Source of the DNA: an uncultured delta proteobacterium
GTDB lineage: Bacteria; Desulfobacterota; Desulfobacteria; Desulfobacterales; QNYZ01
Assembly (NCBI GenBank): GCA_963845145.1
Contig: CAWJQU010000005.1
Location: 192,001-256,000, forward strand
DNA length: 64,000 nucleotides
Reading direction: 5' to 3'
Below are positions 10,043 through 21,052 of the stretch, one piece after another (the stretch's first letter is position 1; each line of letters begins with the position of its first letter). A program made the translations under genes and the position numbers. The notes under the pieces were generated by a model. The model saw nothing but the letters and a program-made list of their open reading frames with translations. It had not been told where the DNA came from and made no database searches.

Positions 10043-11680
10043 TCAATTAGTTTCGTCTTCCAAATCATCGCGTCTCTGGTTAGGGACTTCATTAATCCGC
10101 CCTGCTGATAGATAGATTGACCCCCCATCCGGGGAAAATTTTATGGCATTGGAAAGCAAATTATAGAGGATTTGTTTGAGTTTCCGTTCATCGGCAACAA
10201 TGGTTTCAGGAATCGAGTCAATATTAGTCAACAGTTCGACCCGATGCTTCAACGCATTCTCCTTGATCACAGTCAGGCTATCTTCGAGCAACTCAGTTAA
10301 CCTTACTTCCGAAGGATGCAGTTCCATTTTACCTGCCTCCACTTTAGCAAGATCTAATATATCGTTGATCAAAGAAAGGAGATGCGTGCTGCTATGGTAA
10401 ACATTTTTCAGGTAGTCTTCCTGGACCTCGTTTAGCTCGCCAAAATGTTTATCAATCACCAACTCCGTGAACCCAATAATATGATTTAGTGGCGTTCGGA
10501 GCTCATGGCTCATATTGGCTAAAAATTCAGATTTCGCCCTACTGGCCCGCTCGGCAATCTCCTTCGCTTTTTGTGAAGCCTGCTCTGCCCGAATGCGCTC
10601 AGCGATTTCAAGGTGCAAATTTTCATTGGCTTTCACAAGCTCAGCAGTTCGCTCATCGACTCTGGCCTCCAGCTTGTCATGAGCCTTGAGGAGCGTTTTC
10701 TCAGCCAGCTTGCGTGCTGTAATATCCGTGGCGATCTGCAGCCGAACAAAACGCCCATCGTCCCACTTTATAGCCCGATCATAATTTATGTACCACTTTT
10801 TGGTAACCGGGTTTTTACATTCCCAAATACAAACCCCGGTTGGATTACCTACCGCATTAAGCAGTTTATCATTAGTGCAGTGAGGGCAGGCTTTCTCGTA
10901 ATTACGAAACACATCCCAGCAGATACTCCCCACCAAATCAGCGCCAAAGATTTCTTGCATATGCTTATTCATGAAAAGAATTTCGTATGTTTCCATGTCA
11001 GCAACATAAACATCGGCTTCGATGCTGTCTAAAACCATAAGAAATCGTTCATGGGATCTTTTCAAGGCTTCTTCTGCCTGCTTGCGCTCATCGATTTCTA
11101 TTTTTACGCGTTCATGTGCCAGACAACCTTCAAGTGAAACTGTAAATTTGGAAATGACATTCCTCAGCTGATTCAGCTCCATCTCTTTGAAGGCGCTTTC
11201 CTTGGTCATGGAGTAGAGCTTCAGTACGCCAAGTTTTCCCAACGCAAAAATGGCAAAAGCGCCTTTTCGCACATCTTTTTCAATAATAAATTCAGAGAAC
11301 CGCGCCTCTGAAGAAGAAATAGAAAAGGTTTCTTGGTTCTCGAGCATGGTGAAAAGCGGATGGCTGAGGGAAAGAACCTTCGCGTTGGCTCGCGATTGTG
11401 GGGTGGCATATATTAATTGGGCCGTATCTTCAGGCTTGGGTTCACTAGAACCGGGTTGATCGATTTGGGGTAGATACTCTTTTCTGATCCAAACGGCTGC
11501 ATAGCTTAGATTCTTTCTTGCCATGAGTGCTTTCAGAAATGCATCACAATTCGATTTCAGATCCAATGACTGTCCGATTGAAAGCGAAAGCTCATATAGA
11601 ACAGAGATGTTTTGAACGATAGTCGCGAAGTCTTCTTTGGGCACGTCGAAAAATCCTATGGTTTTGAATAACCCACACAA
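10043..11680 (-). CDS. PAS sensor histidine kinase, C-terminally truncated HATPase
   Basis: H-box FLANMSHELRTPL and N-box NLLSNAIKF present; stops before the G1/F/G2 boxes. Confidence 0.75.
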   Translation of the reverse strand: MCGLFKTIGFFDVPKEDFATIVQNISVLYELSLSIGQSLDLKSNCDAFLKALMARKNLSYAAVWIRKEYLPQIDQPGSSEPKPEDTAQLIYATPQSRANAKVLSLSHPLFTMLENQETFSISSSEARFSEFIIEKDVRKGAFAIFALGKLGVLKLYSMTKESAFKEMELNQLRNVISKFTVSLEGCLAHERVKIEIDERKQAEEALKRSHERFLMVLDSIEADVYVADMETYEILFMNKHMQEIFGADLVGSICWDVFRNYEKACPHCTNDKLLNAVGNPTGVCIWECKNPVTKKWYINYDRAIKWDDGRFVRLQIATDITARKLAEKTLLKAHDKLEARVDERTAELVKANENLHLEIAERIRAEQASQKAKEIAERASRAKSEFLANMSHELRTPLNHIIGFTELVIDKHFGELNEVQEDYLKNVYHSSTHLLSLINDILDLAKVEAGKMELHPSEVRLTELLEDSLTVIKENALKHRVELLTNIDSIPETIVADERKLKQILYNLLSNAIKFSPDGGSIYLSAGRINEVPNQRRDDLEDETN

Positions 11681-12783
11681 ATTACGATAGTCTTATTAAA
11701 AAACTCGAGATAGCCTTCCCCATATGAAGAAATTTCGCCAAGCGTTAAAACCCCGAAAGGCGTTATCTTCTGATCAATGGCACCCATTTTAATGCTGACC
11801 TGTTCCAATTCCTTCGTATATTCTTCTTCAAGGAAGATGACTCTTGAAATACAATCTACAACCATACAATGGCTGATTATTTCATCATTGATGGTGAGAC
11901 AATCGTCGACCGCCTGTCCCACCGCTCGAATCAAGGTCTCCTTTTTTCCTTTTAGGATACTCAGTACTGTATTCTCGGGAACCTCGCCAACACAGATGAG
12001 TTCCCCTTTTTCATTTGTACTGATGGGGTCTCGAACGACATCTTCCATTCCTTCTTTGATAATGCCAAACGGATAACCCTTGGCAATATCAAAAAAATTA
12101 TCCGCGGTCAGACTTTCCCCCGAATCCGACTCCACCACATCTTTATATACGGAGAATGCGCTATTCCAGTTCAATTCTTTAATCGTATTGCTGTCCGTAT
12201 TCGTTGCGACAACCGGCCCCGCTATTTTTTCCCAACCATGCCGAACCCCCAGGTGGCTTTCTAACTGGATAAACGAAATAATAGCCGCGTCTTGGAAAAA
12301 ACCTTCAGCGCTGAAAAGACAAGGTTTTTGCTCTAGGGTCAAGGAGCCGGCTCCCCCGCCGAAATAATGGACTGTATTTCCAAGCTGATTATATAGCCCG
12401 GAAAGGAACATTCCGATACCTGCGCACAATCCATCGACAAAAACCACGGCTGTAGCTTTTTTGTTTAAATTTTGGGGCATTTTCGATTCTATATCCGCCA
12501 CGATTTTTTCTTCATTGTTTAAATCACTGAGGAGGACAGGCTCCCCGTATGATGGGAACACGGTTATTAATGCGCCTTTGTCATGTTTTTCAGTACCATG
12601 AATAAGACCAGGAAAAATACCACCGAAAAAATTGATTTTTCTTTTATTTAATTCGGTAACAATTGACAAAATATCAGCCGAATGATCCTCTGCTAACATA
12701 ATCATGACGACATCGTCTTCTTTAATTTTAAGGTCACAAATTCCCGCAACGATATCTTTTGATTCGGTTTTTGACAGAAACAT
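11656..12783 (-). CDS. FIST N/C-domain signal-transduction protein
   Basis: FFGGIFP, VFVDG, YFGGGAG, HGW, DCISR, GEI...FFNKT. Confidence 0.85.
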   Translation of the reverse strand: MFLSKTESKDIVAGICDLKIKEDDVVMIMLAEDHSADILSIVTELNKRKINFFGGIFPGLIHGTEKHDKGALITVFPSYGEPVLLSDLNNEEKIVADIESKMPQNLNKKATAVVFVDGLCAGIGMFLSGLYNQLGNTVHYFGGGAGSLTLEQKPCLFSAEGFFQDAAIISFIQLESHLGVRHGWEKIAGPVVATNTDSNTIKELNWNSAFSVYKDVVESDSGESLTADNFFDIAKGYPFGIIKEGMEDVVRDPISTNEKGELICVGEVPENTVLSILKGKKETLIRAVGQAVDDCLTINDEIISHCMVVDCISRVIFLEEEYTKELEQVSIKMGAIDQKITPFGVLTLGEISSYGEGYLEFFNKTIVICVGYSKP

Positions 12784-13090
12784 TTTTTACCTCCAGAAAA
12801 AAGTCCAGCGAATGATATATAGTATTATCGGCCATCAAGCGTGAAAGATAAGGAAAAGTTTCAGAAGAATAATTAACGCGTTATTTTGTTTTCCCCATCC
12901 AGTGTTGGGGGAGACTTATTTTGATAATTTATCTATGAGTTATATCGTTTATGCATTGTTAATTAAGATAAACACCGCTCGAACCCGGAAACCACGGCGT
13001 GCCAGGGTTGCCGCGGATGTGACAGGGTTTGTACTCAAGTAAATATTTGGGATTAGAGGAAATTTTGGTATCCGGATCTTAACAACAGAG

Positions 13091-13119
13091 TTGACAGGCC
13101 CCACTATTGAGCGTATGTT
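13091..13119 (+). promoter_or_regulatory. Sigma70 promoter for the DEAD-box helicase
   Basis: TTGACA-17bp-TATGTT. Confidence 0.55.
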
Positions 13120-13226
13120 GAGCGAAATTAACTGCAGTTTCTGAAAAAAAACGAAAATATCGTAAGCCTCGGAATGCATCCGGGGCTTTTTTTTTGCAGA
13201 ATGCAACAACGTAAGGAAATACCATT

Positions 13227-14540
13227 TTGAACGATTTTAACACCTTTGACCTTCATCCCGATGTAGCGGCAGGCGCCGCTATTGCCGGCTACACTACCCC
13301 TACGCCTATTCAGAGCCAAGCGATCCCGACTGTCCTTAAAGGCCGAGACGTCATGGGCCTGGCCCAAACCGGCACCGGTAAAACGGCTGCGTTTGTGCTG
13401 CCGATTTTGAATCGTCTGATTAAAGGCAAGCGTGGGGTTTTACGCGCCCTGATTGTGGCGCCTACCCGCGAGCTGGCCGAACAGATCCACGACGCCATCG
13501 GCGTGTTGGGACGCAAAACCCACCTGCGCAGTGCCACTTCTTATGGCGGCGTCAACATTAATCCTCAGATCAAGCAGCTGCAGCGGGGTGTGGACATACT
13601 CGTCGCCTGCCCGGGCCGCTTGCTGGACCATGTCGGTCGTGGAACGGCGAACTTATCCCGACTGGAAGTTCTCGTTTTAGACGAAGCCGATCATATGTTC
13701 GATATGGGTTTTTTGCCCGACATTCGGCGCATCATTGCCAAAACGCCTCAAAAGCGCCAAACGCTTCTGTTTTCGGCAACCATGCCAAAAGAGATCAGAC
13801 ATCTTTCCATGGAAACGCTTACGAATCCCATAACCGTCAAAGTAGGTCGTACGGCGCCGGTCGAAACGGTCAGCCATGCCCTTTACCCCGTTGCCCACCA
13901 TCTCAAGACGGCCATGTTGATCAAGCTGCTGGGAGACATCCATACCAAATCAGTGCTGATTTTTACCCGCACCAAACATCGCGCCAAACAGCTGGGCGTA
14001 AAGTTGGGTAAAGCCGGCCACAATGCAACCTCTCTACAGGGCAACCTGTCCCAAAACCGGCGCAAGGCGGCTTTGGATGGCTTTCGGGACGGCTCTTTTC
14101 ATATCCTGGTGGCAACCGATATCGCCGCCCGCGGTATCGATGTTACCCGCGTATCCCATGTGATCAATTATGATATCCCCGACACACCCGAGGCTTATAT
14201 TCATCGTATCGGCAGGACCGGCCGCGCCACCCGCACCGGCGAGGCCTTTACCTTGGCGACCGATGAGGACCAAAGCATGGTACGTAGTATTGAACGGCTA
14301 TTGGGTGGCCCTATCGAGCGCAAACTTCTGGAAGATTTTGATTACCGGGTTCCGGCAACCGGGCGCAATTCAAAACCTTCTCAAACCCGACGAACACCCA
14401 GCCGCAACCGCCGACCTGCTGTAACGGTTAAGGCGAAAAAAGACCAAGGCACATGGATGCACCGCAATTATTCCAACCCATTGAAAGTGAATCGTCGCAC
14501 AACCCGCCGCACACCATCAACAGTGTCTGCCAACGCCTAA
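13227..14540 (+). CDS. rhlE: DEAD-box RNA helicase (RhlE-like), TTG start
   Basis: Q motif, AQTGTGKT, PTRELA, DEAD, SAT, HRIGRTGR. Confidence 0.9.
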   Translation: MNDFNTFDLHPDVAAGAAIAGYTTPTPIQSQAIPTVLKGRDVMGLAQTGTGKTAAFVLPILNRLIKGKRGVLRALIVAPTRELAEQIHDAIGVLGRKTHLRSATSYGGVNINPQIKQLQRGVDILVACPGRLLDHVGRGTANLSRLEVLVLDEADHMFDMGFLPDIRRIIAKTPQKRQTLLFSATMPKEIRHLSMETLTNPITVKVGRTAPVETVSHALYPVAHHLKTAMLIKLLGDIHTKSVLIFTRTKHRAKQLGVKLGKAGHNATSLQGNLSQNRRKAALDGFRDGSFHILVATDIAARGIDVTRVSHVINYDIPDTPEAYIHRIGRTGRATRTGEAFTLATDEDQSMVRSIERLLGGPIERKLLEDFDYRVPATGRNSKPSQTRRTPSRNRRPAVTVKAKKDQGTWMHRNYSNPLKVNRRTTRRTPSTVSANA

Positions 14541-14574
14541 CCTGAAAACCCATGTACGATTATCACCTGAAATA

Positions 14575-14602
14575 AAAGGGACGACCGGCAGGCCGTCCCT
14601 CT
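14575..14602. terminator. Hairpin terminator between convergent genes
   Basis: AGGGACGACC-GGCA-GGCCGTCCCT. Confidence 0.55.
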
Positions 14603-14618
14603 GAGGACTCACCCAGTA

Positions 14619-14963
14619 TTACAAAAATGCCTGATAAAGCCACAAAGCAGCCATCCCCGAACAAATGGTATATATGGTGTTTCGTGTGAGTACCGCGACG
14701 ATAGCAGCGATAAGGGCCGCTGGAATGCGATCGTTATACAGTGAAAAGGCATAGTGACCGTTTTGGGTGAGGATGGGGGGCAAAATGAGGGCGGACAATG
14801 CCGCCGGAGGCACAAAGCGTAAGAGCCGCGTGATGGTTTCCGGGACCTGACGATCGGCAAACAGATGGATAAAAGAGAGTCTTAACAAAAACGTCACCAC
14901 ACCAATCACCAGCAACAGAATCCAAAGATTGCCCGAACTCAAATGTGTCGTCATGTCAGTCAC
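14619..14963 (-). CDS. azlD: AzlD branched-chain amino acid exporter subunit
   Basis: TFLLRLSF...LRFVPPAALSALI; overlaps azlC. Confidence 0.85.
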   Translation of the reverse strand: MTDMTTHLSSGNLWILLLVIGVVTFLLRLSFIHLFADRQVPETITRLLRFVPPAALSALILPPILTQNGHYAFSLYNDRIPAALIAAIVAVLTRNTIYTICSGMAALWLYQAFL

Positions 14964-15723
14964 GTGTTTTCCTCCTCAAGAATGATTCTGCACCAAACCC
15001 CACCAAAATACCGCTGAGTGTCGCGATAATGATGCTGATATTCATCGGCAGGTTGAATCCGGCCACAGCGATAAAACCCGAGGTCAGCGCGGCCACGCCG
15101 GCGGCGACGTCTCTCAGGTTGGGCAGCATAATCGCCATGAAGGTCAACGGAACGGCAAAATCCAACGACCAGGATTCGGGAATCTTCAAGCCGACAATGA
15201 CACCAATCACCGTACCGATCTGCCACAGCACCCATAGGGGTATGGCGCATCCCAAATAGAACCAGAGTTTCTGTCTTTGCATGTCATGCCTGCCGTACCG
15301 AATGATGGAAATCGCATAAGCTTGGTCGGTGAGCAGATACGCGGAAAGCCATTTCCAAAACCGACTGATCCCATTGAAATGAGGCGACAGCGACGCGCTG
15401 TACATCACAAATCGAAAATTGATGATAAGCGCTGTCAAACAAATGACGATGGGCGGCGCATTATTCCCAAGAAGATCCGCAGCTGCCAGCTGTGAAGCCC
15501 CGGCGAATATGATGAAAGACATGGCAACAGCCGCAAACGGCTCAATGCCGGCGCCTATCTGGGCAACTCCCGCGATAAGGGAAAATGGCAAAACACCCAG
15601 CAATATCGGGCTAATGCCCCGAACCCCGGCCCAAAATGCGACAGGGGAAGTGATATCGGCACGATTGGAATGCGCTTCATCTGTTTCGACAAGTTTCATT
15701 GTATTACGAATAGGTTCAGGCAT
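14956..15723 (-). CDS. azlC: AzlC branched-chain amino acid exporter
   Basis: IFAGASQ, INFRFVMYS, LTDQAYA; start position uncertain. Confidence 0.85.
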   Translation of the reverse strand: MPEPIRNTMKLVETDEAHSNRADITSPVAFWAGVRGISPILLGVLPFSLIAGVAQIGAGIEPFAAVAMSFIIFAGASQLAAADLLGNNAPPIVICLTALIINFRFVMYSASLSPHFNGISRFWKWLSAYLLTDQAYAISIIRYGRHDMQRQKLWFYLGCAIPLWVLWQIGTVIGVIVGLKIPESWSLDFAVPLTFMAIMLPNLRDVAAGVAALTSGFIAVAGFNLPMNISIIIATLSGILVGFGAESFLRRKTRD

Positions 15724-15828
15724 AATCGCTTCTTTCTTGACGATAGTGAACGAACGATATACAAAATAACGCACAAATGATTGTGTTAATGTACCAACCG
15801 ATCTATATAAAGTCAATATGTGTGTTAT

Positions 15829-16383
15829 ATGAAACATGATGCGTATGCTGTCTCAAAAAACCTCAAAGAGGTCCGCGCCCGTCGCAACCTGAGTCTTGAT
15901 CAGTTGTCCGAATTGACCGGCGTGAGCAAGAGCATGCTCCGCCAAATCGAAACCGGAAAGTCGAGCCCCACCATTTCCACCATCTGGAAAATCGCTAACG
16001 GCCTGCGCCTATCCTTTACCGCCCTTCTCGCCAAACAGGATCCGGATGTCGCGATTATGGCGTTTACCAAAAAAGAACCATTGACCGATAGCAAGGGCGG
16101 GTATCGGGTTTATCCCATGATTCCCTTTGATCCCGAGCACGCCTTTGAGATCTACCATGTCCAAATTGATCCAGGCGTATCGTTTGATGGTGAACCCCAC
16201 GAGGGTAATGTAGAAGAATTGCTGTTTATCCAGGCGGGCCATGTGCGTATAACCATTGACAACAATCATTACGAAGCGGAAGCCGATCATTGCATCCGGT
16301 TCAAGGCCGACCTGCCACATCGGTATGAAAATATCGGTAATGTTACCACCAGGCTGATTATGATGTTGAGTTACCTGCCATAA
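15829..16383 (+). CDS. XRE HTH + cupin transcriptional regulator
   Basis: GVSKSMLRQIETGKSSPTISTIWKIA plus cupin PH...EE...PHRY. Confidence 0.9.
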   Translation: MKHDAYAVSKNLKEVRARRNLSLDQLSELTGVSKSMLRQIETGKSSPTISTIWKIANGLRLSFTALLAKQDPDVAIMAFTKKEPLTDSKGGYRVYPMIPFDPEHAFEIYHVQIDPGVSFDGEPHEGNVEELLFIQAGHVRITIDNNHYEAEADHCIRFKADLPHRYENIGNVTTRLIMMLSYLP

Positions 16384-16396
16384 TTTCAGGATAGCA

Positions 16397-16930
16397 TGTT
16401 GAGAAACCTTGGACACCTCAAAATATAAAAACGCCGTTTTCTATGTCATGAGCGGTACCGGCAATACCTACCGTATGGCTTGCTGGATAAAGGAATGGCT
16501 CAGCCGCATAATCTGGACAGATAAAAGATTAGTCATGATCGAAGAAGCGGATGTGGAAAAAGATTTGGCTCATTCCACGGCTATTCTCGTCGGGATGCTT
16601 CTTTCCGACGCATGGGTTTATGCCGCCCTGGTCAATGATCAAGTTTTTATTAAGGATGCCGAAGTGCAAAAGGGGGTTTCGGCACTGTGCGCAGCCACCC
16701 GCGGCGCCTATAGGGTTGGGCCTGTGAGCATCCCTGGTGCGTCGGGCTTGGCCAACTTTTTTGCAGCTATCATTATGTTTATAAAAGGATTTCGGTCAGG
16801 GCTATATTTAGCCTGGACATGCCGTCCAATCTTATTAATTTTCACTGGGGACTGCATCCCAAAAATGTAGCGGCAATATCGAACGAAGGCAGAGAAGAAG
16901 TTGGCGCAATTGGTGCCCCGTATCATGCAA
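16397..16930 (+). pseudogene. EFR1-like flavodoxin/ferredoxin fragment, frameshifted and truncated
   Basis: YVMSGTGNT motif; FPTHGF and DMPSN motifs lie in other frames; no 4Fe-4S C-terminus. Confidence 0.6.
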
Positions 16931-17044
16931 GGGCGCGAGTATATTTTAGATCATCACCCGGAAGCCAGGCTTAAAGATCTGACTAATAAAAAAGGAAAGC
17001 GGTAAGTAAACATAATAACCAACAAATAATATGGATGGGGAATT

Positions 17045-18217
17045 TTGAAAATATTGGTTCTAGGTGGATGTGGCATTCAGGGAAAAACAGCCGTTTATGA
17101 TTTGGCCCGCGTGGCGGCCGTTGAAGAAATAATTTGCGCCGATGTTAACCTTGAGGGAATCAAGGCCATTGGAGATTTCGTGGACATGTCCAAGGTCCGT
17201 ACCGTAACCCTGGATGTCAATGATTCGGAAAAAATGGGTCATCTTTTCAGCCAGGTCAATGTGGTCATTGACCTGCTCCCCCGGCAGTTTATGGAATCGG
17301 TCTGCCAGGCAGCCATTCGATCCGGTGTCAGTGTCGTGAACACCAACTACGCTTATTCTATTGCACATCTGCACGAGGCCGCCGTAAGCGCAGGCGTGGC
17401 CATCCTGCCGGAATGTGGTCTGGATCCGGGGATTGACCTGGTGCTTTACGGTGAAGCTTGCCGGCGCTTTGACGAACTCAATGTGATCAACTCTTACTGT
17501 GGTGGATTTCCGGAACGAGCGGCCTGCGACAACCCCCTCAATTATAAAGTGTCATGGGTTTTTGAAGGCGTACTGGCATCCACAAAACGTGACAGCCGTA
17601 TGATCAGGGAGGGCGAGGTCATCGACATTCCCGGTACTCGCCAGCATGATCCTGCGTATGTTCACCAGGTAGACTTCCCCGATCTTGGCAAACTTGAGGC
17701 CATTCCTAACGGTGATGCGGTTTTTTTCACCAACGCATTGGGGGTGACTGAAACCATCCGTGAAACAGGACGCTATTCCCTGCGTTGGCCCGGTTGGAGT
17801 GACTTCTGGCGGCCGCTGAAGCAACTGGGCTTTTTAAGTGAAGACCCTGTAGCGGGCCTTGATTGTCCGGTATCCCCTTATCAGATGCTCGACAAGCTGG
17901 TGGGACCCCAAATTCAGTATCAGCGTGATGAAAAAGATTTGGTAGCCATGCTAAACGTTTTCGAGGGGCTTAAGGACGGGAAAAAGAGTAGGCTGATCAG
18001 CCGGTTGCTCATTGAACGAGATCTGGAAACAGGGATCATGGCAATGGCTAAAGGGGTTGGCTACCCGGCCAGCATTGCGGCACAGATGATCGCCGGGGGA
18101 GAAATCGTTAAAAAGGGGGTTCTGTCACCGATGAAGCATATTCCCTACCTCGCTTTCATCGATGAACTGCTGAACCGTGGTATAATCGTTGAAGAAGAGG
18201 AGATCGCGTTACCATAA
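17045..18217 (+). CDS. Saccharopine dehydrogenase-family oxidoreductase
   Basis: MKILVLGGCG, ECGLDPGID, YCGGFP, YSLRWPG. Confidence 0.85.
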   Translation: MKILVLGGCGIQGKTAVYDLARVAAVEEIICADVNLEGIKAIGDFVDMSKVRTVTLDVNDSEKMGHLFSQVNVVIDLLPRQFMESVCQAAIRSGVSVVNTNYAYSIAHLHEAAVSAGVAILPECGLDPGIDLVLYGEACRRFDELNVINSYCGGFPERAACDNPLNYKVSWVFEGVLASTKRDSRMIREGEVIDIPGTRQHDPAYVHQVDFPDLGKLEAIPNGDAVFFTNALGVTETIRETGRYSLRWPGWSDFWRPLKQLGFLSEDPVAGLDCPVSPYQMLDKLVGPQIQYQRDEKDLVAMLNVFEGLKDGKKSRLISRLLIERDLETGIMAMAKGVGYPASIAAQMIAGGEIVKKGVLSPMKHIPYLAFIDELLNRGIIVEEEEIALP

Positions 18218-18265
18218 ATTCGACTTTTGTCGGTGTGCACCATTGACCAAGAACCTTCTCACGGA

Positions 18266-18928
18266 TTATTCCAAAGGTGTACGGAGTGGCAAAATATGGC
18301 CGGCTTGATTTGTAACATCTTCATAACAAGTGGTGCCCGATTGGAAGTATACAATCCAAGCAACTCCGGAATAATAGTCAGGCGTCGTCGCCGACCAATG
18401 ATAACCTGGGGGGAAAGTTGAAAACATATGGCCGCTTGATACGGCAGGATCTCTCCTGCTGAAATCGATAAGTATGCATAGTTCGCGCATTGTCGGCAAT
18501 CGCCAGTCGCCGGCTGACGAGCCGTCTGAAAGAATTAGTGCGGGATCCGGGCCACAGTCTCCATCCTTAAGACTTTTCACCGCCAGCCGAGCACTTTCCC
18601 AATCCATCATCCCAAAGCAGTTCGGGTTTTTCAACCAGATAAGCCCCGTCAGGCTGTCGGTTAAGGTGCCGTCTTTGTTATCAATAAAGCGGGGATCTGG
18701 GATAGCTTTATCCAATAGAAGTTCTGCATATTGCCGCTTAAAGTCGCAAGGAATTTTCTCCCCTCTCCAGTCATAACAGGTCGAATTAAACGGATTCACC
18801 ACAGCAGCTATTGCATTATCATGTGGCCTTTCTGAAAGCCGTTTATTTCCTCCAGCACATGCACCCATACAAAATGCGAAATTTATAATAATAGCAATCT
18901 GAACCAAATCACGGAAATAACCTGTCAT
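18266..18928 (-). CDS. DUF1566 (Lcl-domain) lipoprotein
   Basis: RFIDNKDGTLTDSLTGLIW, WRLPTMREL, WSAT. Confidence 0.8.
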   Translation of the reverse strand: MTGYFRDLVQIAIIINFAFCMGACAGGNKRLSERPHDNAIAAVVNPFNSTCYDWRGEKIPCDFKRQYAELLLDKAIPDPRFIDNKDGTLTDSLTGLIWLKNPNCFGMMDWESARLAVKSLKDGDCGPDPALILSDGSSAGDWRLPTMRELCILIDFSRRDPAVSSGHMFSTFPPGYHWSATTPDYYSGVAWIVYFQSGTTCYEDVTNQAGHILPLRTPLE

Positions 18929-19139
18929 CGACCAATCCCTTAAAATTTTGGAGGTATTGATTTATTTGAGGCCGGTTCCAATATAACGATTTATTGGGTT
19001 ATAAAATGATCGAATTGCAACTGTTACAATTCGGGATTGTCCAATTAAGCAGGCATTGTTATGTGAAGTTGTGTGGTGATTTTTCTCTTCGGGTATAAAG
19101 ATGAGAGGCAACTTTGTTGAGCTACATCCTAATTTCTTT

Positions 19140-20222
19140 TTACGCCAATAGCGCCTCCAATTCTTTCGCAGTGTACTTCGAAAGCCCTAAAGTTTCCATC
19201 GTACGCTGGGCTTCGCCCAAATAATCCCGGCTCATCAACAAAGAAACCATTGTGATCACTGCAGAGATAACCGGTGTCGCCACCCCGATCTGTTCACCAA
19301 GCTTCTGGAAAAAAACCAGGCCGAACCCCACATCTTCATTGAAATAGCGGTAATCCAGACTACTCTGGGCTTTGACCCCGTCGAATCCCGGTGCGGTGAT
19401 AAATCCGTTGTCATACGTAGCTTCCGTCATATAGCCTTGGATAACGCCTAATTCCGGATCGGGAATGACATCCACCCCCAATTTTTTTCCAATAGCGATC
19501 CGCTCTATATCTACCGCTTCGATCAGCTTGCCAACCGCCGGAGTGACGCCCTCGCGATAAAAATCGAAATCGCCCTTGGTACGTTCGATTAATGCGACAT
19601 TCATGAGCGTAATCGCTGGATGGATAACCGGGTTACCGTTCTGTAAACTAGTCTGGAGTATATTCTTCGCTGCGCTCATCGTCGGATAGACATCGCGCAC
19701 CTGACCCAACACATGATTGGTATTTTTCGCCGGAATCGCGGCCAGGAACAACCCGCCTTTGAGCTTGTTAAAAATTTTGATTTTCCCTGGTTCAAGCAGT
19801 CGAACAGCATACGGTAGCGTCGACGTCTCAGCAACGATAATGTCCCTGCCCCGAAGATCCAGTCCCGCACCGTTTTTAAATTCAATACTGCCACCACAGG
19901 AACTTGGGCACACGATCACGATCTGCCCCTGCTTGAGGTACGGTCTGCAGGCTTCGGCAAAAGGTCTGGTGCTGTACGCCGGTCCAACGGCATATATGAT
20001 ATCGGCCCCATCCAACGTTTTTTCAATATCATGCCCGGCAGAGACCACCGACTGAAATCCTTCAAGTATACCCTCGCAGTGGATACCTCCGTTTTTTTGG
20101 ACAGCCTGAATACTCTGCGGGAATTGTTCAAAATCAAATAGACGGACCTGGTGCCCGTGGGCTGCACAGTCGAATGCAATGGCACAGCCACCGTTTCCTG
20201 ACCCCAAAACAGCGATGTTCAT
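19140..20222 (-). CDS. NAD/NADP opine (octopine/nopaline) dehydrogenase
   Basis: IAVLGSGNGG, AETSTLPY, NPVIHP, RYFNEDV. Confidence 0.85.
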   Translation of the reverse strand: MNIAVLGSGNGGCAIAFDCAAHGHQVRLFDFEQFPQSIQAVQKNGGIHCEGILEGFQSVVSAGHDIEKTLDGADIIYAVGPAYSTRPFAEACRPYLKQGQIVIVCPSSCGGSIEFKNGAGLDLRGRDIIVAETSTLPYAVRLLEPGKIKIFNKLKGGLFLAAIPAKNTNHVLGQVRDVYPTMSAAKNILQTSLQNGNPVIHPAITLMNVALIERTKGDFDFYREGVTPAVGKLIEAVDIERIAIGKKLGVDVIPDPELGVIQGYMTEATYDNGFITAPGFDGVKAQSSLDYRYFNEDVGFGLVFFQKLGEQIGVATPVISAVITMVSLLMSRDYLGEAQRTMETLGLSKYTAKELEALLA

Positions 20223-20267
20223 ATTGTTATCCTTTTGATTTCTCTGGGTGAGTGATAGGATCAAGAA

Positions 20268-21011
20268 TTAATGTGTCAGGATTGAGCTTAAAAAATGTTT
20301 GCCCCGATCTGTTTGCGGATTTGTGAAAAAATCGTTGGGTGGTGCGACCTCGATGATCTGCCCGTCATCCATAAAGACGACCCGGTTAGCCACTTCTCGG
20401 GCGAACCCCATTTCGTGGGTAACGACCATCATGGTCATTCCTTCCTTGGCCAGGTCTCGCATGACGTCAAGGACTTCATTGATCATCTCCGGGTCAAGGG
20501 CTGATGTCGGTTCGTCAAAGAGCATGATCTTGGGTCTCATGCCCAAGCCTCTGGCAATTGCCACCCGCTGTTGTTGACCTCCCGAGAGTTGGGCCGGATG
20601 GTGATCAATTCTATCGCCCAATCCGACCCTGATGAGCATCTCTTTGCCGAGTTTTTCAGCTTTTTCTTTCGGCATTTTTCTAACCCTGATAGGTGCTATT
20701 GTCACGTTTTCTAAAGCTGTCATATGGGGATATAGATTGAATGATTGAAAGATAAACCCGATCTCAGCCCGGATCTTGGTCATATTGATCTTTTTATCAT
20801 GGACATTCATATTGTCGACGACGAGCTCTCCTTTTTGGATGGGCTCTAATCTGTTGATACAGCGAATCAGGGTGCTTTTACCCGATCCGCTCGGACCGCA
20901 GATCACCACCACCTCCCCCGGATTTACCTCGAGATTGATGTCGTTAAGGACATGAAGTTCACCGAACCATTTGTTGACATTTTTAAAAGAAATCATGGTC
21001 TCATTCCCCAA
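20268..21011 (-). CDS. Polar amino-acid ABC transporter ATPase
   Basis: [27 protein letters not shown]. Confidence 0.92.
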   Translation of the reverse strand: MGNETMISFKNVNKWFGELHVLNDINLEVNPGEVVVICGPSGSGKSTLIRCINRLEPIQKGELVVDNMNVHDKKINMTKIRAEIGFIFQSFNLYPHMTALENVTIAPIRVRKMPKEKAEKLGKEMLIRVGLGDRIDHHPAQLSGGQQQRVAIARGLGMRPKIMLFDEPTSALDPEMINEVLDVMRDLAKEGMTMMVVTHEMGFAREVANRVVFMDDGQIIEVAPPNDFFTNPQTDRGKHFLSSILTH

Positions 21012-21052
21012 TAATGATTAACAGGTTTCTGTAGCTGCCGTGTGAATTTGAT

